NCBI GenBank assembly: GCA_946407975.1 | Contig: CAMJQC010000005.1 | Span: 5,526-69,525, forward strand | Source of the DNA: an uncultured Bacteroidales bacterium | Lineage (GTDB): Bacteria; Bacteroidota; Bacteroidia; Bacteroidales; F082 | Direction of reading: 5' to 3' | Length of the DNA stretch: 64,000 nt | Part shown: piece after piece, positions 44,472 through 53,710 of the stretch | How the letters are laid out: each line of letters opens with the position of its first letter | How positions within the stretch are numbered: position 1 is the first letter of the stretch | Notes under the pieces: generated by a model | Told to the model about the DNA's origin: nothing | Seen by the model: the letters and a program-made list of their open reading frames with translations, nothing else | Databases searched by the model: none | Translations under genes and position numbers: made by a program

Positions 44472-45365
44472 ATGTATCACGAGCCGGTAATGTTGAATGC
44501 GTGTATTGAAGGCCTCGACATCCACGAGGACGGAGTATATGCCGACGTCACTTTTGGAGGAGGCGGACACTCCCGCGCCATCATGGACCGTCTGTCGACC
44601 GGACATCTCTATGCCTTCGACCAAGACGAGGACGCTGCAAAAAACGCTTTCGACGACAGCCGTTTCACTTTTATCCCTCAAAATTTCAGATATCTGAAGA
44701 ACTTCATCCAACTCTATCATGGAGGACCTATCGACGGGATCCTCGCCGACCTTGGCGTCTCATCACACCAATTCGACACCCCTGAGAAAGGATTCTCCAC
44801 CCGGTTTGACGGCGTACTCGACATGCGCATGAGCCAAGCCATGCCCCTCAAAGCCTCAGACATCGTCAACACCTATGACCATACCGCCTTGACACGGCTC
44901 CTCAATCTGTACGGTGAAGTGCAAAACGCCCACCTTATCGCCAATGAAATCATCATGGCTCGCGAAGCACTGCCCATCGAGACTACGGAACAGTTGAAAG
45001 CAGCTGTCGCAAGCCGTCTGCCCAAAGGCAAAGAGAACAAAACGCTGGCGCAGATCTTTCAAGCGTTACGCATCGAGGTCAACCAGGAACTTGACGCGCT
45101 TGTCGCCCTGCTCTCGCAATGTGCCGATGTGCTAAAACCCGGAGGAAGACTGGTCGTCATGTCGTACCATTCGCTCGAAGACCGACTTGTGAAGAACTTC
45201 ATGAAGACAGGCAATGCCGAAGGCAAGGAAGAAAAAGACTTCTTCGGCAACTTGCTCACACCTTATAGAGTCATTACACGAAAGCCCATTGTGCCCGATG
45301 AAAACGAGATAGCACGCAACAGCCGTGCGCGTAGTGCAAAACTCAGAATCGCAGAAAGAAGATAA
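44472..45365 (+). CDS. rsmH: 16S rRNA (cytosine1402-N4)-methyltransferase
   Basis: 297 aa. Motifs DVTFGGGGHS, DLGVSSHQFD, SYHSLEDR. Confidence 0.95.
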   Translation: MYHEPVMLNACIEGLDIHEDGVYADVTFGGGGHSRAIMDRLSTGHLYAFDQDEDAAKNAFDDSRFTFIPQNFRYLKNFIQLYHGGPIDGILADLGVSSHQFDTPEKGFSTRFDGVLDMRMSQAMPLKASDIVNTYDHTALTRLLNLYGEVQNAHLIANEIIMAREALPIETTEQLKAAVASRLPKGKENKTLAQIFQALRIEVNQELDALVALLSQCADVLKPGGRLVVMSYHSLEDRLVKNFMKTGNAEGKEEKDFFGNLLTPYRVITRKPIVPDENEIARNSRARSAKLRIAERR

Positions 45366-45369
45366 AGCC

Positions 45370-45888
45370 ATGAAAGAGAACAGATTCAGGACAGAGCAAG
45401 ACGAGCCCCTTCAAGCCGAGAAAGCAGCTTCGGAACTGGAGTCTCTGGGTAAAAGCACCGAAGAAAGCCCCGCAATAGAAGGCAGCAAGAAAAAAAGGAG
45501 AAAGAGAGAGAAGAAAAACCGTGAAGGACTGAGAAGCGTATTAGGAGGCTCCTTCCTTATCAAAGAGGAATTCACCAAACAGTTTCCTTTTATGGTCTAT
45601 ATCACTCTATTGCTAATGATCCTTATAACCAACACCTACGTTGCAGAAGAGCGAAACCGTGAGATTGCAAAGACTACGAAGACTCTGAACGACCTTCATG
45701 TGGAATACATACAACTGAAGTCAGCCATCATGCAAGCTTCAAAACAATCGGTTCTAGCTAGAAGACTGGAAAAATACGGCATAAAAGAAACTTATGAGCC
45801 GCTGAAACGGATCGTTGTCAGCTCCAATGAAAAAACAGCGGCGATTGATACGGCGACAGACACAATACAACAAGCAGAAAAAGAATAA
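45370..45888 (+). CDS. FtsL-like cell division protein
   Basis: The ORF track start is 45325. ATG 45370 (MKENRF) lies just after the rsmH stop. Lys/Glu-rich N-terminus, single TM helix (FPFMVYITLLLMILITNTYV), coiled coil. The position is typical of ftsL. Confidence 0.6.
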   Translation: MKENRFRTEQDEPLQAEKAASELESLGKSTEESPAIEGSKKKRRKREKKNREGLRSVLGGSFLIKEEFTKQFPFMVYITLLLMILITNTYVAEERNREIAKTTKTLNDLHVEYIQLKSAIMQASKQSVLARRLEKYGIKETYEPLKRIVVSSNEKTAAIDTATDTIQQAEKE

Positions 45889-45906
45889 AAACACGATCTA
45901 AAGATT

Positions 45907-48060
45907 ATGGATCCAGAACCTAAAAACGGCAATTCCTTAAGGCCCTTCCTTGTATATGGGCTTGTGCTTCTGTTCGGGATCGCTATCATAGCGAAAATCA
46001 TTCTTGTGCAGACCAAGGACAGCAAGGAACTCGTAGCTTTGGCTGAGCGAAAGGAACTCCGTATCAGGGAACTGGAAGCTTCGAGGGGAAACATCTTCTC
46101 TGACAACGGTAAACTTATGGCCACGTCAGTACCCATTTTTGACATTTATTTCGACGCCTCCGTGGTTGATCCAGATTTGTTCAGAAATGGAATCGACACC
46201 TTAAGCATACAGATGTCAAAGATGTTTCCCCAGAAGACCGCTCAACAATGGAAAGAAAACCTCAGCAAAGCAAAAGCAGAAGGGAAAAAGTACCATAGCT
46301 TGGTAAAAAAAGTATCGCTTGAGCAATACCGAAAAATGGAAAACTTTGCCATCTTCAGCAAGGGGCCAAATAGAGGCGGAATGATTGGAGAAAAAAAGAT
46401 GCGGCGCGTCAAACCTTACAACGAATTGGCCAGCCGTATCATCGGATATGTCAACGAAAACGAGAACCTGTATGTCGGTCTGGAAGGAGCCTACAATGAC
46501 TATCTGAGAGGTCAAAACGGGCAGCAGCTCGTCAGAAGGATTCACCACAACAGCTGGATGCCCGTTAATTCAGAAGACGACATCGAGGCAAAAAACGGCG
46601 ATGACATCATCACCACCTTCGACGTCAACCTGCAGGACATCGTTGAGAGTTCGTTGAACAACACCATGGTGACCAACAAAGCAGAACAGGGTTGTGCCAT
46701 ATTGATGGATGTGGAGACAGGATACATCAAAGCCTGCGCCAACCTTAAGCTAAACCATGAGACAGGAGCCTATGAAGAGTCTTACAATTTCGCTCTGGCA
46801 GAACGCTACGAACCGGGTTCCGTCTTTAAGATTGCTTCAATGGTCGTGCTTCTCAATCACAACCATCGCATCAAGCCTAACGACACAATCAATATCGGAG
46901 CGGGTCCTATCGTCTTCTCGAAACGCACCATGCGCGATGACCATGTCGTGCGTCGTAGCGGGCGTATCAGTGTTGCTGAAGTCATCGAACAGTCGTCCAA
47001 CAAAGGCACAGCGGTCCTTATCACGCGCGAGTTCATGAGTCACCCAGAACAATATGTTGACGGTTTATACGCATTAGGCTTGAATAAAAAGCCTGGCACA
47101 GGCATCGCCGGCGAGGCCCAGCCCATCATCAAGCACCCTACTGACAAAGACAGAAACGGGAACAAACTTTGGTCAAACGTATCCCTGCCCTGGATGTCGA
47201 TAGGATATGAAGTCAATATCACCCCGATGCAGATCATCACGCTCTACAATGCCATCGCCAACAACGGCAAGATGATGAAGCCTCAGTTTGTAACCGAAAT
47301 CCGTCACGGAAACCAGACCATAGAAAAGTTCGAACCCGTCGTAATGAACGAGCAAATTGCCCCGCCAGAGGCCATCACCATGTTGCAGAACATGCTGGAA
47401 GGCGTGGTACAACGCGGAACGGCAAAAAAGCTGAAGGATTGTGGCTTCAGAATCGCAGGCAAAACAGGAACGGCACAATACTGTCATCCCAGGCTAGGAT
47501 ATAGTTACCGTAACCCACAGACAGGCAGACGTGAATACAACACTACTTTCGTAGGCTACTTCCCTGCCGACAAACCTAAATACACCTGCATTGTCGTTGT
47601 GAGTCGTGCCAGGGGTCAGTTCTGGGCGGCAGGTGGCGTATCGGCACCAGGTTTCAAGGACATCGCCGAGAAAGTCTATGCCATGCGTCTCGGAACACAA
47701 GACGAGAAAAACACAGGTGCATCCCTACAAGATGAGCCAGTCATTATGCATTACTCCGAGGCAGCGTCCTTCCTTAAAGGAATGGACGTCAACTACACCG
47801 ATTACAACACCATGGGCGAAGAATGGGTGACCATCGACAACCTGAACGATGGTAGCGCCAAAATCGAAAGCGCTCATGTCAAGGGGAACGTCATACCCAA
47901 CGTGATCGGGATGAACGTCAGCGACGCTGTGTACCTACTTGAAGGGTTAGGTATCAGTACCCACTTCAGTGGCCAAGGTGTCGTCAGCGAACAGTCGCTG
48001 CATCCAGGCGACTCCATCAAAACAGGCAGTGTCATTTACCTCAAACTATCGCAACAATGA
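45907..48060 (+). CDS. ftsI: Class B penicillin-binding protein (FtsI-type transpeptidase) with C-terminal PASTA domain
   Basis: 717 aa. SxxK (GSVFK), SxN (SSNKG), KTG (GKTGTA). PASTA-like end NVIGMNVSDAVYLLEGLGI. Confidence 0.85.
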   Translation: MDPEPKNGNSLRPFLVYGLVLLFGIAIIAKIILVQTKDSKELVALAERKELRIRELEASRGNIFSDNGKLMATSVPIFDIYFDASVVDPDLFRNGIDTLSIQMSKMFPQKTAQQWKENLSKAKAEGKKYHSLVKKVSLEQYRKMENFAIFSKGPNRGGMIGEKKMRRVKPYNELASRIIGYVNENENLYVGLEGAYNDYLRGQNGQQLVRRIHHNSWMPVNSEDDIEAKNGDDIITTFDVNLQDIVESSLNNTMVTNKAEQGCAILMDVETGYIKACANLKLNHETGAYEESYNFALAERYEPGSVFKIASMVVLLNHNHRIKPNDTINIGAGPIVFSKRTMRDDHVVRRSGRISVAEVIEQSSNKGTAVLITREFMSHPEQYVDGLYALGLNKKPGTGIAGEAQPIIKHPTDKDRNGNKLWSNVSLPWMSIGYEVNITPMQIITLYNAIANNGKMMKPQFVTEIRHGNQTIEKFEPVVMNEQIAPPEAITMLQNMLEGVVQRGTAKKLKDCGFRIAGKTGTAQYCHPRLGYSYRNPQTGRREYNTTFVGYFPADKPKYTCIVVVSRARGQFWAAGGVSAPGFKDIAEKVYAMRLGTQDEKNTGASLQDEPVIMHYSEAASFLKGMDVNYTDYNTMGEEWVTIDNLNDGSAKIESAHVKGNVIPNVIGMNVSDAVYLLEGLGISTHFSGQGVVSEQSLHPGDSIKTGSVIYLKLSQQ

Positions 48061-49511
48061 ATCTCAAGGAAATTATAGTCAACTGCAACCTGATCGACAT
48101 CTTAGGAAACAAAGACATCGACATCACCAACCTGTCGTTCGACTCGAGAACGGTGACACCAGGCACTTTATTTGTCGCTGTAAAAGGCACCCAGGTTGAC
48201 GGTCACGATTATATCGAAAACGCCATTGAGAAAGGGGCCATCGCCATTGTATGTGAGAAAATGCCTCGTAAGAAACACGATGGCATAACCTATCTTAAAG
48301 TGGACAATTCGGCCTATGTACTTGGTGTCGCTGCCTCCAACTTCTATGGCAATCCTTCCAAGAAACTCAAACTGACGGGCGTGACGGGCACCAACGGCAA
48401 GACCACCATCGCCACCTTGCTCTATCGGCTCTTCACCGATGCAGGTTACGTCTGCGGACTGCTGTCCACTATCGAAAACATCGTCGATCGCGACGTGATT
48501 CCTTCCACACACACCACGCCCGATCCAATCGAACTCAACGCCCTATTGCAGCAGATGGTGGATAAAGGATGCGAATATGCTTTCATGGAAGTCAGTTCCC
48601 ACAGCGTTGCACAAGACCGCATCGCCGGCCTGCATTTTGCCGGAGGCATCTTCACCAACCTCACCCACGACCATCTCGACTACCACAAGACGATGGCCAA
48701 CTACCGCAACGCCAAGAAGAAATTCTTCGACAGCCTTCCCGACACCGCTTTTGCCGTTACAAACCTCGATGATAAAAACGGAGCCTACATGCTCCAAAAC
48801 ACCAAAGCAAAGAAACTATCCTATGCCTTGAAACACGATGCCGACTTCAAAGGAATCATCCTTGAAAGCCACTTCGACGGCATGATGCTCAAGGTAAACG
48901 GCACAGAGGTGTTCACACAACTGGTAGGCGGCTTCAATGCCAGCAACATTTTAGCCATCTACGGAACCGCTATCGCCTTAGGATTCGATAAAGAAGAGCT
49001 TTTAGTGGAAATCAGCAAGCTGCACGGCGCCAACGGACGTTTCGACATGGTGCATTCCGAAAGTGGCGTTGTCGGCATCGTTGACTACGCCCACACACCT
49101 GATGCGCTTGAGAACGTACTTGAAACCATCAACGAAGTACGCTGTCACAAAGAAACGCTCATCACCGTTGTGGGCTGTGGCGGTAACCGCGACAAGACCA
49201 AACGCCCTGAAATGGCTGCTGTAACCGTCAAACTCAGCGACAAAGTCATTTTGACCAGCGACAACCCCCGCAACGAAGACCCTGACGATATCATCCGTGA
49301 GATGAAAGAAGGCATAATGCCCGAAGATATGCGTAAGGTACTGGCCATCACCAATCGCCGCGAGGCCATCCGCACAGCCGTGGCATTAGCTAAATCAGGC
49401 GATATCATTCTTTTAGCGGGCAAAGGCCATGAAACCTATCAAGAAATCAACGGAGTGAAAAACCATTTCGACGACAAAGAAGAACTGTCGAAAGCATTAC
49501 AGGAGAAATAA
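48057..49511 (+). CDS. murE: UDP-N-acetylmuramoyl-L-alanyl-D-glutamate--2,6-diaminopimelate ligase
   Basis: 484 aa. Motifs GVTGTNGKTT and TSDNPRNEDP. ATGA overlap with ftsI. Confidence 0.95.
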   Translation: MNLKEIIVNCNLIDILGNKDIDITNLSFDSRTVTPGTLFVAVKGTQVDGHDYIENAIEKGAIAIVCEKMPRKKHDGITYLKVDNSAYVLGVAASNFYGNPSKKLKLTGVTGTNGKTTIATLLYRLFTDAGYVCGLLSTIENIVDRDVIPSTHTTPDPIELNALLQQMVDKGCEYAFMEVSSHSVAQDRIAGLHFAGGIFTNLTHDHLDYHKTMANYRNAKKKFFDSLPDTAFAVTNLDDKNGAYMLQNTKAKKLSYALKHDADFKGIILESHFDGMMLKVNGTEVFTQLVGGFNASNILAIYGTAIALGFDKEELLVEISKLHGANGRFDMVHSESGVVGIVDYAHTPDALENVLETINEVRCHKETLITVVGCGGNRDKTKRPEMAAVTVKLSDKVILTSDNPRNEDPDDIIREMKEGIMPEDMRKVLAITNRREAIRTAVALAKSGDIILLAGKGHETYQEINGVKNHFDDKEELSKALQEK

Positions 49512-49513
49512 AC

Positions 49514-50779
49514 ATGTTGTACTATCTGTTTCAATACCTACAAAAATGCGATCTGCCAGGAGCAGGCATGTTCACTTTCATCACCTTCAGGGCGGTAGTG
49601 GCCGGCATTCTTGCTCTTATCGTCTCCATCTGGTTTGGCAACCATTTCATCAAATGGCTAAAGAAGAAAAACTACGTGGAGACGCAACGCGACGAGAAGA
49701 CCGACCCGTACAACACGCAGAAAAAAGGCGTACCCACCATGGGTGGCATCATCATCATAGTGGCCATCCTCATCCCCTGTCTTCTGATAGGTAAAATCGG
49801 CAACATCTACATGATCCTGATGTTATTCACCACTCTGTTGCTAGGCGTCCTGGGATTCGCCGACGACTACATCAAGACCTTCAAGAAACAGAAAGACGGC
49901 TTGAAACCCGCTGTCAAACTCGGAGGACAAATCCTGTTGGGCCTCATCGTCGGCCTCACACTGCGTTTCAGTCCCGCTGTCGTCATCAATGAAAACGTTG
50001 AGGTCCGCATCGAAGACAACACAGAAGTCGTAGTCAAGTCACCCGACGTGAAGTCAACCCGCACAACCATTCCCTTTTTGAAAAACCACAACTTGAACTA
50101 TGCCGACATCTTCAACTTCTGCGGTCCCAGAGGCAAATACATAGCAGGATGGATCTTCTTCGTCATTCTGACCGTTTTCGTTGTGGCAGCCGTCTCCAAC
50201 GGCTCCAATCTCAATGACGGCATGGACGGCATGGCGGCAGGCAACTCAGCCATCATTGGCATCGCGTTGATCGTATTGGCGTATGTTTCCAGCAACGCCA
50301 TTATGGCCGGCCATCTCAACGTAATGTTCATTCCAGGCAGTGAAGAGGTTGTCGTCTTCTTAGCGGCTTTCGTTGGAGCGCTGATCGGTTATTTATGGTA
50401 TAACTCCTTCCCTGCCCAGATTTTCATGGGCGACACTGGCAGCCTGACCATAGGAGGCATCATCGCCGTGACTGCTGTCATCATCCACAAAGAATTACTG
50501 TTACCGTTGCTATGCGGCGTATGGCTTTTCGAAATCCTGGCTGACCTTGACGTCAAGCTCTTCCTTAAACGAGGCAAAAAACACAGGATCTGGAAAAAAG
50601 CTCCATTACACGACAGTTTCCGCACAACATATGACGAATTCAAGACTACATGGCCTAACAGTACGGTTACCTTCAAAGGAAATGGCAAAAAACAACATGA
50701 GGTAAAAATCACCATCCGTTTCTGGATTGTCACCATTCTGTTGGCCGCATTTACTATACTAACACTAAAAATCAGATAA
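49514..50779 (+). CDS. mraY: Phospho-N-acetylmuramoyl-pentapeptide transferase
   Basis: 421 aa. Motifs GFADDYIK, NLNDGMDGMAAG, FMGDTGSL. Confidence 0.95.
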   Translation: MLYYLFQYLQKCDLPGAGMFTFITFRAVVAGILALIVSIWFGNHFIKWLKKKNYVETQRDEKTDPYNTQKKGVPTMGGIIIIVAILIPCLLIGKIGNIYMILMLFTTLLLGVLGFADDYIKTFKKQKDGLKPAVKLGGQILLGLIVGLTLRFSPAVVINENVEVRIEDNTEVVVKSPDVKSTRTTIPFLKNHNLNYADIFNFCGPRGKYIAGWIFFVILTVFVVAAVSNGSNLNDGMDGMAAGNSAIIGIALIVLAYVSSNAIMAGHLNVMFIPGSEEVVVFLAAFVGALIGYLWYNSFPAQIFMGDTGSLTIGGIIAVTAVIIHKELLLPLLCGVWLFEILADLDVKLFLKRGKKHRIWKKAPLHDSFRTTYDEFKTTWPNSTVTFKGNGKKQHEVKITIRFWIVTILLAAFTILTLKIR

Positions 50780-50801
50780 AAGCAATAAAACATACCAGAC
50801 T

Positions 50802-51365
50802 ATGAATTACTTTGAAGAGTTTACTAACACGCGCATCAAGAAGTCAGATTCCCTCGCTGCCGGGATTTCCTCAAAAGTGCTTCAGATCAGGAAAGAAAGC
50901 ATACAGAAAAGCCTGAAAGAATTTGAAGGCACAGAACACCGGCAGGAATATGTGGGGACCATTGATGAGGTGATGTATTTTGACGATGCAAAAGCTGAGA
51001 GCGTCAACGCGACCTGGTTCACTTTTGAAAGCACGGTCAAGCCGATTGTTTGGATCGCCAATGAGCCCAAGACACCCGTCGATTACAGCGACCTCATCCC
51101 GATGGCAAAGCAAAACGTCAAAGTACTTGTATGCATAGGTGGCAAAGGAAAAAAAATGCGCAAGGCTTTCGCTGACGTCATCAAGGAAATCTACGATGCC
51201 GCCAGTTTGGAAGAAGCTGTAGAAATGGCCTCCATCCTGGCTCAAGAAGATGATATCGTATTGTTCTCACCTGCTTGTAGACCCGATGCTGATGTCAGTT
51301 TCTCGGAACAAGGTGAGCTGTTTAAAAAATATGTCAAGAATATAGAAAATGAACATTGTCAATAA
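50802..51365 (+). CDS. MurD C-terminal-domain-only ORF (truncated, degenerate murD remnant)
   Basis: 187 aa in the slot where a murD of about 445 aa is expected. It aligns only to the end of the central domain and the C-terminal domain: SLAAGIS, EGTEHRQEYV, LFSPACRPDADVSFSEQGELFKKYV. There is no Rossmann N-domain and no P-loop. Ligand motifs are degraded (DDAKAES where NDSKATN is expected). Confidence 0.75.
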   Translation: MNYFEEFTNTRIKKSDSLAAGISSKVLQIRKESIQKSLKEFEGTEHRQEYVGTIDEVMYFDDAKAESVNATWFTFESTVKPIVWIANEPKTPVDYSDLIPMAKQNVKVLVCIGGKGKKMRKAFADVIKEIYDAASLEEAVEMASILAQEDDIVLFSPACRPDADVSFSEQGELFKKYVKNIENEHCQ

Positions 51366-52638
51366 GATATTAAGAGGTGACAAAGTCATCTGGATCCTGT
51401 CGCTATTGCTTGGCATCATATCGCTAGTCGTAGTGTACAGTGCTGCCAGCGCCCTCGTAGTCCGCAATTATGAAGGGAGTACAGGCCGCATGCTCATCAA
51501 GCACGCAGGCACGTTGCTGTTAGGATTCATCATGATGTTTATTGCCTATAAGATTGACTACCGCCATTTTGCTCAAATCTTCACCATCATCATGTGGCTC
51601 TGTATTCCGCTGTTGCTTTATACCATGCTGTTTGGCAACAACCTGAATCAGGCTTCACGCACCATCAATATTCTTGGCTTTTCTTTCCAACCCAGCGAAT
51701 GGGCTAAAATCGCTTTGCTGACCTATCTCTCCAGAGAGCTTGTCATCATGGGTGAGCATCTAAAGAACTTCAAGCAAGTGCTTCTCAAAATCGGGTTGCC
51801 CATTCTGCTCATCACAGGGTTGATCTTCACCGAAAACTTATCTACTGCAGCCATTCTTCTAGTAGCCTGCCTTGTGCTGCTATATATTGGTCGCGTCAAG
51901 TTTACCCATATCATGTTAATCCTAGCCATCGGCGTAGGAATGCTAGGCATTTACATCATTTTCGATATGGCGAAAACCAAAGTGAACAACAACAAAGCGA
52001 AAAAGGAACAGAAAGAACTCGCTATAACCAACGGTGCCACAACCGAGGAATTCGTCCCAAGAAAAAACCGTATCCAGACTTGGATCGGGCGTATTGATGC
52101 CATGTTTGAGCCAAAAGACGAGGACTACGATCCTTTCGACGACCATCATTACCAACAGACCTATGCAAAAATCGCTGTCGCCACCAGTTCCTTCATAGGG
52201 AAAGGCCCAGGCAAGAGCGAACAGCGAAACTTCCTGCCCCATCCTTATTCCGATTTCATTTTCGCCATCATTGTGGAGGAATATGGCCTTCTTGGGGCTC
52301 TTATTGTACTCCTTATCTATATCATCTTATTCACAAGAGTCATAAAGATATTCACCAAAAGGCCGAACACCTTTGGCGCTTATATGTCATACAGTCTGGT
52401 CTTCCTCATCATCATGCAGGCCATGATCAACATGGGCGTATCTATCGGATTGTTGCCCGTCACTGGACAACCGCTTCCCTTTGTCAGTATGGGCGGCACC
52501 TCCATGATGGCCACTGGCTTTATTCTTGGCATGATTCTCAGCGTCACCAAAAGCATTGAAAAGGATGAACTGGCAGAAAAAGAATTAACAACAAATAATA
52601 CGGACGAAAATGGACTATCAGTTGAAAATAGTGATTAG
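51349..52638 (+). CDS. ftsW: FtsW/RodA/SpoVE family peptidoglycan glycosyltransferase
   Basis: 429 aa. Polytopic membrane protein with PHPYSDFIFA and GQPLPFVSMGGTSM. Its start overlaps the murD remnant by 17 nt. Confidence 0.9.
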   Translation: MNIVNKILRGDKVIWILSLLLGIISLVVVYSAASALVVRNYEGSTGRMLIKHAGTLLLGFIMMFIAYKIDYRHFAQIFTIIMWLCIPLLLYTMLFGNNLNQASRTINILGFSFQPSEWAKIALLTYLSRELVIMGEHLKNFKQVLLKIGLPILLITGLIFTENLSTAAILLVACLVLLYIGRVKFTHIMLILAIGVGMLGIYIIFDMAKTKVNNNKAKKEQKELAITNGATTEEFVPRKNRIQTWIGRIDAMFEPKDEDYDPFDDHHYQQTYAKIAVATSSFIGKGPGKSEQRNFLPHPYSDFIFAIIVEEYGLLGALIVLLIYIILFTRVIKIFTKRPNTFGAYMSYSLVFLIIMQAMINMGVSIGLLPVTGQPLPFVSMGGTSMMATGFILGMILSVTKSIEKDELAEKELTTNNTDENGLSVENSD

Positions 52639-53710
52639 CGGTGGTGGAACGGGAGGTCATATCTTTCCCGCAATTGCCATAGCAGATGCTCTCAAGAGGC
52701 GCAACCCTGACACCGAGATCCTGTTTATCGGTGCCAAAGGACGGATGGAGATGGAACGGGTTCCCAAAGCAGGCTATCCTATTGAAGGTCTTTGGATCAG
52801 CGGATTGCAACTTGACAAGTCCATCGTCAGCTTACCATTTAAGCTTATCAGCAGCCTCTATAACGCGCACAAGATTTTGAAACGGTTTAAACCCGATGTG
52901 GTCATCGGTGTTGGAGGTTTCGCCAGTGGACCTACGCTGAAAGCTGCCAACTGGCTCCATATCCCCACCGTCATCCAAGAGCAGAACTCCTATCCTGGCA
53001 AAACCAACCGTAATGTTGGTTCCAAAGCCCGGGCCATCTGTGTGGCTTACGAAGCTATGGACCAGTGGTTCCCAAAAGACCGCATCCATCTGACTGGCAA
53101 CCCTTTGAGAGCCAACATCAAAGCAGAAGGCACCCGTGAAGAGGCAGCTGACTTCTTCGGTATGGATAGCCAAAAACCCGTCGCCTTGCTTATCGGCGGC
53201 AGCCAAGGGGCATTGGGCATCAACAAAGGTATCAGTGCACAACTCGAAGTGCTGAAACAAAAAGACATTCAACTCATCTGGCAAACGGGGAAAAGCTATT
53301 TCAAACAGGCACAAGATGAAGTCAACCGTCTCGGAATGGAAGACCAAGTCAAGCCAACCGTCTTCATCGAACGCATGGATTTGGCCTATTCGCTGGCTGA
53401 CATCGTCATCTCACGCGCCGGCGCCATGTCCATCTCCGAGTTGGCGTTGGTACAAAAACCCGTCATATTCGTTCCGTTGCCTACCGCAGCGCAAGACCAT
53501 CAGACCAAGAATGCGCAGCGCCTTGTTGACGCCAGTGCAGCCCTTCTCGTCAAAAATGACGAGACCGAGACGCAACTCATTCCATCCCTCATCGCTTTGG
53601 CAGCCGATACGAAAAAACAGGCTACCATGCGGGAAAACATCGGCGCTTTCGCTCATCCGAATGCTGCTGATGACATCGTTGACATCATATTAGACATTGC
53701 AAAGAAATGA
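52610..53710 (+). CDS. murG: UDP-N-acetylglucosamine--N-acetylmuramyl-(pentapeptide) pyrophosphoryl-undecaprenol GlcNAc transferase
   Basis: 366 aa. Motifs GGGTGGHIFPA and SRAGAMSISELA. Confidence 0.95.
   Translation: MDYQLKIVISGGGTGGHIFPAIAIADALKRRNPDTEILFIGAKGRMEMERVPKAGYPIEGLWISGLQLDKSIVSLPFKLISSLYNAHKILKRFKPDVVIGVGGFASGPTLKAANWLHIPTVIQEQNSYPGKTNRNVGSKARAICVAYEAMDQWFPKDRIHLTGNPLRANIKAEGTREEAADFFGMDSQKPVALLIGGSQGALGINKGISAQLEVLKQKDIQLIWQTGKSYFKQAQDEVNRLGMEDQVKPTVFIERMDLAYSLADIVISRAGAMSISELALVQKPVIFVPLPTAAQDHQTKNAQRLVDASAALLVKNDETETQLIPSLIALAADTKKQATMRENIGAFAHPNAADDIVDIILDIAKK

Noticed and set aside
50540-50779. MraY C-terminus reads PLHDSF instead of the PLHHH-type histidine motif of model MraY, raising the possibility that mraY is also degenerate
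   Set aside because: All other MraY motifs are intact and the length is normal. My recollection is that Bacteroidota MraY proteins are divergent in this segment. Without an alignment I cannot call it abnormal.
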